Source: Schizochytrium sp. TIO01 (lineage: Eukaryota > Protista > Bigyra: Labyrinthulomycetes). Taken from it: DNA of 64,000 nt. A program made the translations under genes and the position numbers. Positions 46,635 through 57,394 of the stretch are shown piece after piece (the stretch's first letter is position 1; every line of letters starts with the position of its first letter). The notes beneath the pieces are model-generated. The model saw only the letters and a list, made by a program, of their open reading frames with translations, was not told where the DNA came from and did not search any database. The stretch is taken from NCBI GenBank assembly GCA_004764695.1, contig SMSO01000014.1, positions 2,971,648-3,035,647 on the forward strand, read 5' to 3'.

Positions 46635-49600
46635 TTACGTCAAACTAGTCTGCTGCGCTCGTCCAAAGTCATTTTCAGGAGGACGCATACGTACGATCTT
46701 CACATCAGACGCAGCCGAAACAGAAGACACATCGTGGGGTGTCAGCAAAATATACTGCCTCCTATTACCGGTCTCAGACGCTCGCCGGGCAGCTTCCACA
46801 ATAAGCTCCAATGAAATCTTACGATAATCTTGATCCATAAAAACATCGAACTCATCCATCACACGCCACGGAGTTTGCATTGCCTCACCAAGAGCCATCA
46901 GAAACGAAAGCGAGGTAAAAGACGACTCACCTCCTGAAAGTTGGCCTGCATCTTTAACAGAGGTATCTTGACCTTCATCCTGGCTCATTTGGGTATTTGC
47001 AGTCTTGTTCCACGTAAAATTCAAAGCCTCCTTCTCGTCGTCGAAATCTACTGTGCCAGAATGGTTTCGATAAGATAGATTCTGGTCAAAGAAACCTTGG
47101 ATTCTCTTTTTAAGAAAGTACTGAAGCCGCGCAACGTTTTGGTCACGTATTTCCCTTCCATTCTTCATTTGATTTAGTAAACCACTGTGAAGTTTGATTT
47201 GATGCTTTTCGTGGGATTTACTCTTTTTCTCGCGAGTAATCTGCTTCTCCAATTGTAACTTGATTGCATCTAGATCAACATTTTCGTATTCCATACTGAC
47301 TCTCTGTTTGTCAGCTTGCAACGATTGCTGAAATGTACGAATGTTTGCATCGGCTTGTTCAGAAGTCAAGTCTGCCGGCACATCTTCTTCAACGTCATCA
47401 GTGTACGCTAACGCCATCTTCCGAGCTTGATCATATCTATTTGATTCATCTCGGTGCTTTTTATCAGCCTCGTTCATTCGTTTTTCTGTTTCCTCTTTCT
47501 TGGATTTGGCGCGTTCCAAAGATGCAACCACATTGATTGAACTTTGCTTGATCTTGTCCAACTCGTTCTGAGCGTTCTGCAGAGCAATATCCAACTGTTG
47601 GAGCTTCTCTCCCAGAGCATTTTGTTTCTCCTTTACAGGCTGAAGATCATGTGCAATGGATTCTTCGTCTCTTACAAAGCGCTCTCGATCCATCTCCAGA
47701 GTCGTGATTTCGTTATCGAGATTCTGGATCTGCTGAGAAAGACTCTCCCGCTCAATTTCAACTTCATCATCATTCTTCACTTTTTCGTCTGTCAACAAAA
47801 TCTGGTTCTGCAGCTCATCGATCTTCACCTCAAGCAACGACTCGCGACGTTGGGTCTCGCTTATCCTTTGTTCAAGTTCTTCGCGCTTCTGCTTCGAGTT
47901 TCGTATAGTTGCATCAATTTGTTGTATCTGCTGTGAGAGCTGCCGCATTTCCTTCTCGGTATCTTGTAGATTATTGCGGAGCGAGGTCTCCAGCTCTCGA
48001 GTATCTTCCACAAGCATCGGCGTCTTGTTGCTGCGACCAAAATATGCCTGCTTGTACTCGTTGCCGTTCTTACGCAGCTGATACGTATTGGCTTGCATGT
48101 CAAGCATAATACTCAAATTCTTGGGCTTGTGACGAAAGGTCACTTCTTCTGCTACCCTGCTCGACTCGCAAAGACCAGTGGATTCAATTTTCGCCATATC
48201 CACCAACACATTGAACACATTGGGGTTGTCGGTCTTGATAATGTCCATCATGCATACAACACTGTCGCTTTGGGGGCGAAACGCGTTCTTATCAACTCCA
48301 GGATATCTTTCAGAAGCAAATTTGCGAATCAATACATTCGGCGCAGGGATGTTAGCCTGTCTGCACAGACTCTTGAGTATGACATAGTCGTTGTTATCGA
48401 ACAACACGAGACGATTGATTGCGCTCCTCAAATGAAACTCCACAGGGAAACGCCACTTCTGATCGCTCAACGAGATGTTGAGACCAGTATGGACAGGAGC
48501 ATACTTGAATCTGGACTTGTTCTGCTCAATTAGATGTAAGACCTTTTGCATCTCACGACCAAAGCATGATGTGCGGTCATGGTTAGAGCCGCCCCCTCTG
48601 AGGTTTGAAAGATTTGCGCGCATGTCATTTGCTTCGCGCTTCTTGCGATCAAGTTGTTCTAGCAGTCTGGTCTTGTCGTCTTCGTGACTGTGAATATTGA
48701 CATGTTCTTCAGAGAGCTGGGTAAGTTGAGCTGTGAATGCTTCTCGTTGGCTGGATGCCTCGTCTCGCTCCCGGCGTTTCTTGTCCATCATGCTTCGAAG
48801 TCGCTTGGCATCGTTGTATGCGGTTTCATTCATTCGTTTGGCATCCATGGCTAGCTTCTCACGTTTCTCCTCACAGCTGCTGCGGTCGGCCTTGAATGAC
48901 TTTATCGTTCTCTCTGTAGCGACAATTTGTCTTTTGACCTGACGCCGGCGATCCATGTGATCTTCGATAGTAGAATTGATGCGTTTTATCTTGTCCTCAA
49001 GGTCATTCTTCTCGGTTGCGAGTTCGGTGATTTGATCCCGAATGTGAGGAGCGTCTTTTTGTGTGTGTTCAAATTGAGCCTGGAGGTGTTGTACCTTTTC
49101 CTCGCGCTCTTTAAACTTGGCTTGCAGCTTTTCGAGCAGTGCGGCAGAGGTTTGGACTTGTTGTCGAATATCCCGAACTTTGATCCAAGTTTTCTGTCGC
49201 ATGGCCTTTTTGAGGTCCTCTTCTTGGTTCTCAAGTCGTCGAATGCGACCCAAGCTGTCTTCTAAGAGCTTGCGCTTTTTCTCAAAGTTTCCCAAGTTAG
49301 CAAGACGTTCCTTGAGTGCCTTCTTGCCTGACTTGTAATATATGAATTGGCGCTCAAACATGCTACTAATGTCATCAAGATTTGTTGCACGCATGAAGAT
49401 CTTATATTTCTCCTTAGGAGTGCCACGCAGAAAAGTCTTGCTGGTTTCCTGGTCAAGAATACAGGATGGGTTGTCGACGTAAATATTGAACCAGCGAACC
49501 ATTCTAGTCACTGTTGCTCTATTTGTGGAGATGACCTTTTGGGTCTTGGCATTCATAATTTTAAACGAAGAAGAGCCCGATGCTCTAAGGGTTCTCTCGA

Positions 49601-50105
49601 TACGAATTTGTTCGCCATAGGACTTGGGCTCGAAGGGAAAAGGTCCAACGTTACAAAGCTCAACAGCGACAGTTGCATCAGCATTGCTTCCATGGCGAAT
49701 AAGGCTAGAAAGGTTAGCGCCACGACTTGTGTTGCGCGCACTCAGGCCGAGACAAATTTGAAGTGCTGCGACAATAGCGGACTTTCCTGATCCGTTTTGC
49801 CCGGTAATGAAGTTGATGCTCTTATTGAAGCTGATTCGGAATCGTCGGTGGCACATGAAGTTAGTGCACTCGATAAGCATAACTTTGCCACAATCGTCTC
49901 GGATCATTTCTGAAGGAAGTGGTACACTGTGGTCGTTCGCATCTTCATCTTCGCTGTCTGGATAGTCGTTCATACCATTGTTAGTGTGTATCTTTGGTTG
50001 AGACAGTTCATCTTGGTCACTTTGGTCACTTGTTTCGTTCATTTCAGTCTCACGTTTTACGATTGATTCCTCATCGTCGCTCAAATCGCGCCTCCGTTTT
50101 GCCAT
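46635..50105 (-). CDS. SMC6: SMC6 copy C, with a shorter and different N-terminal extension
   Basis: All SMC6 ATPase motifs are intact (GQNGSGKS, LSGGESSF, MDEFDVFMD). Confidence 0.93.
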   Translation of the reverse strand: MAKRRRDLSDDEESIVKRETEMNETSDQSDQDELSQPKIHTNNGMNDYPDSEDEDANDHSVPLPSEMIRDDCGKVMLIECTNFMCHRRFRISFNKSINFITGQNGSGKSAIVAALQICLGLSARNTSRGANLSSLIRHGSNADATVAVELCNVGPFPFEPKSYGEQIRIERTLRASGSSSFKIMNAKTQKVISTNRATVTRMVRWFNIYVDNPSCILDQETSKTFLRGTPKEKYKIFMRATNLDDISSMFERQFIYYKSGKKALKERLANLGNFEKKRKLLEDSLGRIRRLENQEEDLKKAMRQKTWIKVRDIRQQVQTSAALLEKLQAKFKEREEKVQHLQAQFEHTQKDAPHIRDQITELATEKNDLEDKIKRINSTIEDHMDRRRQVKRQIVATERTIKSFKADRSSCEEKREKLAMDAKRMNETAYNDAKRLRSMMDKKRRERDEASSQREAFTAQLTQLSEEHVNIHSHEDDKTRLLEQLDRKKREANDMRANLSNLRGGGSNHDRTSCFGREMQKVLHLIEQNKSRFKYAPVHTGLNISLSDQKWRFPVEFHLRSAINRLVLFDNNDYVILKSLCRQANIPAPNVLIRKFASERYPGVDKNAFRPQSDSVVCMMDIIKTDNPNVFNVLVDMAKIESTGLCESSRVAEEVTFRHKPKNLSIMLDMQANTYQLRKNGNEYKQAYFGRSNKTPMLVEDTRELETSLRNNLQDTEKEMRQLSQQIQQIDATIRNSKQKREELEQRISETQRRESLLEVKIDELQNQILLTDEKVKNDDEVEIERESLSQQIQNLDNEITTLEMDRERFVRDEESIAHDLQPVKEKQNALGEKLQQLDIALQNAQNELDKIKQSSINVVASLERAKSKKEETEKRMNEADKKHRDESNRYDQARKMALAYTDDVEEDVPADLTSEQADANIRTFQQSLQADKQRVSMEYENVDLDAIKLQLEKQITREKKSKSHEKHQIKLHSGLLNQMKNGREIRDQNVARLQYFLKKRIQGFFDQNLSYRNHSGTVDFDDEKEALNFTWNKTANTQMSQDEGQDTSVKDAGQLSGGESSFTSLSFLMALGEAMQTPWRVMDEFDVFMDQDYRKISLELIVEAARRASETGNRRQYILLTPHDVSSVSAASDVKIVRMRPPENDFGRAQQTSLT

Positions 50106-51557
50106 GTTGTGATTATCGAGATATATGCAGAACCCACACAGTCAATTTGAGAGTACTTGGCTTTGAGGCAAGGGTCCAAGGGTTAAATATATATCAGCAT
50201 ATGCAGGTTGATTTGCGCTGCCGTTGATATATATCTATCTATCTTCAATGTGAAGGTTTTTGACAAGCACACAGATGAGAGAAGCTATTTACTTTGACAA
50301 AAAGGTAAAGGTTTCTACAAGACGCTTTTGTCGAATCCACACAGACCAACAAATATTCAAGCCAGGTACAGTCGAGGATTGCAACCAGCCTATCCCCCAC
50401 CAGAGACACGCCCAGGAAGCACGCTCAGAACGTGCTTGTTGCGTGGCTGGGCCGGGTAGATAGATGATCTGCCTCTTCTCTGTATTTGCCAATGAAATAC
50501 TTACTGGTCAGGAGTGAACTAGCACTATCTAGTGAGAACATTATGATAATGAGTGTCTAAAGTTCCTTCACATTCCATGGTTAGGAAAGGCTTCGTATTA
50601 TAGAGACCGTGTATCCATCGACTCTGCGTATATCTCATCCTGCTATCCACGCGATGTTCTGCGTTCTGTTTAGCGTTCTTTCATACTAGCATCTGTGTAG
50701 CTAAATTAGTTATAATTGTGCAATAATACAGGACATGTATTTTTTATTTCATTAGCGAAACGACTAGAGCAGTAGGCTTGGGAAAAAACGTCGTTGAGGT
50801 CGATAGCTAAGCTTAGGAAGGTTCTGAGGCGCGGACAAGTAGGTTATACCGCATAAGTAGGTTAAAGTTGAGGATGGAAGTGAAGTATTTTGAGGTTTAA
50901 GTAGAGAATAGAGAGGGAAAGTCGATTGATTAAAGTGGGAAGGCAAGAGGGAAGAAATCAACGAAGAGGGAGAAAAGGAGGACGGCATAGTCGAGCGCGC
51001 GAGCTTCCGAGGCCGCGCGAGGTACCGCCACCGCTGCGCTACGATACCACGCTGCGGTAGGATCCGCCTCGATTTCCTAGTCTAGCCTCCCTTCGCCCCG
51101 CCATCTGCTTCCCTGTGGAGACCTCGCCGGTCTGCCCGAAGCGGACGGCTCAAGGATTAATTAGTGCCTCGAGGCAACTTTGCCCAGTTCACGTCTACCT
51201 CTCTCGCTTGACGTCGTGTACGGCGAGGACGAATTCGCGAGGGTCCATCATAGGGTTTGAGGTTTCATATCAGGATCCTGAATCCTCTCGGATATCGGTT
51301 TTTTATCTCGCTTGACAGGGCTGCGATTTCTTTTGTGGAGGAACGCCTTGCTTTTGAAATATCGATCTTTCAAATACAGTAGCGCTTCTTTTACTTCTGC
51401 GCCATCCGTTTGTACTGCGTCAGCATCAGAATCTACGTTTAGAACTTCTACTACTAGTCTTTTCCTTTGTTTACTTTGAAGGTGGACTAGTTCTGTAGCT
51501 TCAAACCTTTGCAGCTGATTCTGCGATTGGATATTTCGAGGATCACCACTTGCCAAG

Positions 51558-53899
51558 ATGTTCTATTCCGACATTATCTTAGCTAAGAAAGGCCCTTTGG
51601 GCAAAATTTGGCTTGCCGCACATTGGGACAAGAAAATCTCAAAAACGCAAGTTTTTCAGACCGACATTGAGCGTTCTGCAAGTAAGTTTGCCAATTATAG
51701 CTTGGTATACCCATCCAATTTTTCGTAATAAGATTAAAAAAAAAGAGACTCGAGGTATGAATTAAAGAATGCCTGACTAACAACAGCATGACATATGTAA
51801 TTAATTGTTTGTACACAGTGTCGATCAAAGGAATGGGTGTGCCTCTCGCACTCCGTCTTTCTGGCCACCTTTTGTTGGGTTTGGTGCGTATCTACCAACG
51901 TAAGGTGAAGTACTTGTTCACAGATTGCAGCGAGGCCATGGTCAAAATTAAAATGGCCTTTCGCCCTGGTGTCGTGGACCTTCCCTACGAAGAGCATGGA
52001 CAGCAGCAGCAGTCTGGAAATGCTGGCATCACAGTTGCCGAATTCGAGATGAACTACGATGACAACGACTTCGAGAATGTGGAGCCTCAGATCGACGAAT
52101 GGATGCAACAAACTCTTGCTCCACAAAATGTATCCCGTAATGTGGATATCACCTTGGAAATTACTCCTCGTGCTAAGGTGCGTGGATCACGTGGATCTCG
52201 CAGCTCCCAAAGCAGCGTTGGCCAGCAAGCTGGAGACAGCGATGACGAAGAGGATGAGGAGCAGGACTGGACCCCTTTCGAGTTTGATGGTGCTGAAAGT
52301 GCCGGATTTGATAGCGCCACATCTGTGGAGCAAGCTCGTGAGGAGCCAGATCGACGTACTAGTGTTGCAAGAGCTGAAGAGGGTGCCTCTGTCACGAAAT
52401 TCTCACCAGCAGCTCAACACGATGACGACGAGGAGGAGGATGTTCCGGCACGTCTCGAGGAGCTCTCGGATGGGAGTGCTCCTGCTGGAGGTCGCGAGTC
52501 TCTTCTCTCGCGCAGAAGATCAAGTATGGCCGCAAGCAAAACTCAAGACGACATCAACGTTGCGATGGACTCTGACGATGATGATGGTGCTTTCAACGTG
52601 GCTGCGATGGATGACGATGACGATGACGATGATTATAACGAGGATGCGGAGGCTACCAAGGTCCGCAAGGTTAACGAAGAAGTTGATGAAGAGACTAAGG
52701 CTGCATCCGCTACTGCGATTCCACAAACTCCAGCTCTGACCACGGAAATGGTTCAAACAGTAGTGGAGGTGGATGACGATGAAGACGAGCCTAAGCGCAA
52801 GAGAACCAAACGTAAGAAGCGTGTATCCCAACCTGACGAAGATGTGGAGGGTGGAAAACGCAGGAAGCGCCGCCGTGCGGGCGCTCTTGAGAAAGTTACC
52901 TCTAAGAAAAATCTTAGCATTGAACCTGAAAAGCACACCAAGTCGCGTGTGCTTAGCCGCCGGCGCTTAGCAACCCGTGCTATGGAGGAGCACGGCATTC
53001 TCGCAAGCCGCTTGCTTTTCCAGGATAAGCCTACAGATTTCAAGACTGGGCTGTCTATGTGGTCTATTGGAGGTCTTTCGGAGGAGGTCGCAGCCACCTT
53101 GAACGCGCACACTCAACAGGAGCTCCCGTATCCTAAACGTAAGAAAACAGCGATCTCTGAAGAAGTTGAAGATACCGAGGCTGTCCGTCGCGCCTCTATC
53201 TCTGTCGATAGCGAAGATGTTCCAATGGGCTTTGACGAGGCCTTTGAGGAGGGGCCTTTGGTGGAGCGCCGTGCCAGCCACCGTAGTCGTCGTTCGACCA
53301 TGTCTGCGCCTCGACCTGTCCTTCCGGAGGCTGAGGACGACGATGATGATATTGCTGGATCAATGCCCCAGGATGATGATGATGACGACGACGACCGTGA
53401 TCGGGCGATTGGTCTCGAGGTCGCTGAAAGCGCCTCAAGGTCCTTGTCTAAAGGCCGCGTTTCGGTGGGAGGCCCTAAGCTTGATGATGATGAAGACGTC
53501 GTCGTTGAGACCAGAGATTCTGATGACGAGTCTGACGCTCCCGTGCCCATGGTCGAGTCTGAAGAGGAGGCTGAAGGTGAGAGTGAAAGCGAAAGCGAAA
53601 GCGGCAGCGAGAATGAAGACAATGATGAGGAAGGTGAACCTTCGAGTGAAGCCCGCTGGCATAAACGTACTGCAAACATGCTTCGTCTCTGCCAGGGCGT
53701 TCTTGAAAACACGGATTCAATCACATACCAAAGCTTGGCAGAAGGAAAGAACAAGCGCACAGTGGCAAGTTGCTTTTTTGAGATCTTGCAGCTCAAGACA
53801 TGGGACCGCATTGATCTCCATCAAGATGACCCGTACGGTCTAATCCAGATTGCGCGGGGTCCTAAGTTTGACGATGAAATTCCCACAATCAACAAGTAA
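51558..53899 (+). CDS. RAD21: Cohesin alpha-kleisin of the RAD21/REC8 family, 2 exons (51558-51681, 51819-53899)
   Basis: Exon 1 [26 protein letters not shown]... is spliced in frame (GTAAGT 51682 to CACAG 51818, branch TGACTAAC) to [24 protein letters not shown]-terminal winged helix [26 protein letters not shown]. ExxR separase-like sites SVEQAR and DTEAVR. Confidence 0.93.
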
Positions 53900-56545
53900 A
53901 CAAACACGTGGCGAGGCCTTGTCCTATTGGCACGCCTTTCCCGTTCCTTACTAATGTTCTCCACACTCTTGCCAAAATACACTTCGTCGTTGTTTTAAAA
54001 CTTCACTTCCTGCACCACATATCAGTTGCACCGCTGCTAACCACCAGAAGAGCTGCACGTAGGTCTCTGTTCCTATCTTACACATTTATCCATTGTAGTA
54101 ATTTTCTGCGCTTTTATCAATTCCAAATCTTTTCTTAAAAAAATTGATCTCGTTGCGGTTATCTCAAGGAATGGAACTAATTATTTAAAAAAAGTAAAGT
54201 CAAATGTGCAGAAGGAGTGAATTTTTACTGCTTGGGAGGCAAGAAACGAACCAAAGAGATGTCCTAGATCTTCGCGGTTGCGTACAAGATGCTTCTAAAT
54301 AAGTTTCTTAGAGGTTTTTTCGTTGTGATATTCCAATCTCAATATTTTGTGAGAAACGTTTGGGCCTTGCCTTAATCCATGCAGTTATGAAACGGTTCAA
54401 GGCATTTTGTTATGACTATACTCCTGATTGCTGCTCATGAACTGCACGATCTATGAAAATGAATGGTAAAGGCTTTTTGTTCCGCATATAGCTCTGTTGG
54501 GGTACACATCATTTGTATATTGGCGTTTCGTCATCAAAGCAAAAATTCCAACTAACCAAAAAAAAAAAACTGTGAAAGTCTCCACTTGTACACAACTATT
54601 CAGAGTTGTATATTTGCCAGGTACATACAATAATTAACGTTGGTCTTATCGATGTTGAGGCATACACAAATGGCGAACCACCAAATGTGCGCCACAAGGC
54701 CTAATATTAGTGGATCCCCAAAGCGTTAAATACTATACTCAGTAACTGTTTGTAATTACAAAAACTACAACTGGAAATGTAGAATCCTGCATAAGATGTG
54801 TTTTGCAAATGTTTGGTGATTACAGGTAAAACTGACCTTCGTATGTAGGATCTTGCCGTTCGTCCTATCATGATGCATGATGTTTGTTCATATAAAGATG
54901 ATTTGGCAACTACATTTTTTCAAGAATTATGTCCTTCTATCTCGGTCTTCGGTCTTTGAGTATGCAGATATCTGCTTTTCCAAATATATGCAGATATTGG
55001 TGTTCCTGCTCAGGTCTTGTCGTGCCAATATGCACTTCGCATTGACGCATCGAAAAGAAGGCGTACTGTGACGATAGTTGGTACATATGCCACCCAAAGT
55101 GATCCTGGTTTCTCAAATTTCAATGTGCTGCTTTCATCATCTGAGCATACCTATTGCTCTATTCGAACCTTCCACTAAGAGTAACGTTGGACCTTGATCC
55201 TTCACTTTCGCTCTTCGTGTTTCTCTCAGGCTTTTCCTCATTTAAGAAAGAATAAAAGGCAGTAAAAAACAGAAAATAGAACTTTATGCTCTGTAGGTTG
55301 GCGGCCCCTTTTGGTCCAATTCTATGACAGGTACTTATGCGCTTGGCGGCTGTGCGTTTTAAAATACCAGCAAGTGCTAACTAGGTACCCACTTCTGACG
55401 TTGGCGCTCTTTCAAGTATTCCGTTACCGATTCAGGTGAAGGTGTCCCCGTGCAGTCCTTACGGTTTATAAGTCTCACTGGCAGTTTCCTGGGAGCGAGG
55501 CTCTGGGGCCTCTTTTTTCTGAAAGAAAAGTCTGCAAAATGTTCTTTCTCGGTACCAAGACTAGAGACGGAAGAGAACGATCTCATCAATTTATTCTCGT
55601 GGCGTGTTTATGCTCTGAGGAATCGAAAGGCCAAATGCAAAACAGTTATTCGTTGCGTGGCGCTTTCCTGTATCAACCAGTGCGTGCAGGAACTGGAATT
55701 GGAGGGTCTGCAGTGTACTCTACTAGATGAAGATTTTCCTCCCTCTTAAAAAAAATTAATATTCGTTCTGGTCTCAGATCCCGACTTCAATAAAACACCT
55801 CCTCGTAAGTTAAGGAAGGATTGTGCAAAGCCAAACGGAAATCAAAGCACAGTCTCTTCGTACCTCTGCTGGGTTCCGAGCCTCTGCATTGCAATGTTTG
55901 CTAATTAGCTTCAGAGTCCGCGCACAAGTTTTAGGACAAGTCTTTCGCGTTCATCATGCGACTATTAGCTATTGAAGTGTTACCCAGTCGTCAAGTAGAC
56001 AGTACCTACGTAGATAGAAAACATAATTAAGAGCAGAAAAAGCTTGAGATTTCTCAGCTTCCGCCAGTCGCCACTGCACAGTCGTATGGTTGATTTGTTT
56101 AGAGACGCTTATTCGATACAGGTCGAATGCTGCTATGAGCAGATGGTGGGCTGCCTCCTGCGTCTGCACGGGCGAGGCAGAGGCTGTTGCCGATGGCTGA
56201 CTCTAGATTTGGTTTCTCATGTTACTTGTTGTTTTTTTCTAAGGAGAAAGAAGAAAGAAGAAAGAAAGTCTCTGCTAACCAACTACCTACGCTATTAGCT
56301 ATATAAAAGTAATCTCAAATCATTTGGTCACTCGTCATTCATTTATTTATCATTGGAAATCATTGAATCAAGCAAAGCCGATTTGCTGCAGACTCCCAGC
56401 ACGGGTCGACCTAAGACGCCTCCGAGACCTTCTTCCGCACAGCGATCCACCTTCTGTGACATATATCTCTGCTTCCCTTCTGTCTTCACTGCCTTCGTAG
56501 GCTTGGTTTTCTTCGCTCGTTCGTTTTCTTCAGACGCTTGCCATC

Positions 56546-57394
56546 ATGATGGAGGACCATGAGGAGCATGTCGTGGCGGAGGCTGCACCTCCCCACGCCC
56601 CCAAAGACAACCTGCTGCTCTCTGAAGACACTGATTTGTCTCGCGCAAAGAACAAATCTTCCCCGACCGTTTTCTTTGAGGAGACTTCTGCTCAAAGCTC
56701 GAGCCAGAACCAGAATTCTAGCCAGAATCATGGCCAGGCCAGGTCGAGTTTCCGCAAGACCAGCGCTGGAGGCCTCGCGGGAACTGCTGTTGATGATGTT
56801 TCGGACGATATGTCTCGCTCCCATTTGGACGATTACTACTCGCATAAGCCGAGATCTAGCTTCGACGATGAGGATGACGAGTTCCAACAGACGACAGGTC
56901 TTGAGGGCGCCATTCCCATGGACAAGATCAAAAATGGAGCCTCAAACGCCTTCGCATTCTGGCAATGGGGTGTATCCAAGGTCGCAGAGCAGGCTAAGGA
57001 GGTCCAGAGTCGTCTCAATGAGAACGAAAACTTCCGCCAAGCTAGCGAGAAGATGGGTCATCTTTATGAGGAGCGCGTGAAGCCTGGATTTGAGACTGTA
57101 CGTGAGGGAGCTCACAGTGCTTATGAAAAGGCCAAGCCTGCTATGGATGACTTTGCAGAGCGTGCAAAGCCTACAATTAGTGACCTTTCAGCCAAGGCTG
57201 GCGAGGGTTGGAATGCCACCAAGGAACGTGTGGGCCAGTTTAGTGAGGCGTGCAAGCCTGGTCTGGACCGCGCTGCTGAGACTACTCGTGAGGCATTTGA
57301 ACGTGTCAAGGCATCTGCCCAGGGGCAAAAGGATGGCGCTGCGCAGCACAAGAAGGATGATGATGACTCCTCGCCCCCGTTTACTCAGATCTGA
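56546..57394 (+). CDS. Hydrophilic protein with an acidic disordered N-terminus and proline-punctuated amphipathic helical repeats (apolipoprotein/LEA/perilipin-like)
   Basis: Codon usage resembles the neighbouring genes. Recurrent KP motifs (VKPG, AKPA, AKPT, CKPG) lie within A/E/K-rich helices. Confidence 0.7.
   Translation: MMEDHEEHVVAEAAPPHAPKDNLLLSEDTDLSRAKNKSSPTVFFEETSAQSSSQNQNSSQNHGQARSSFRKTSAGGLAGTAVDDVSDDMSRSHLDDYYSHKPRSSFDDEDDEFQQTTGLEGAIPMDKIKNGASNAFAFWQWGVSKVAEQAKEVQSRLNENENFRQASEKMGHLYEERVKPGFETVREGAHSAYEKAKPAMDDFAERAKPTISDLSAKAGEGWNATKERVGQFSEACKPGLDRAAETTREAFERVKASAQGQKDGAAQHKKDDDDSSPPFTQI

Noticed and set aside
32372-50105. Reading the SMC genes as bacterial Wadjet/Lamassu or RAD50/SbcC
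   Set aside because: The motifs (NFMCH, DEFDVFMD, hinge, no zinc hook) are eukaryotic SMC6. The Wadjet comparison is only an analogy.
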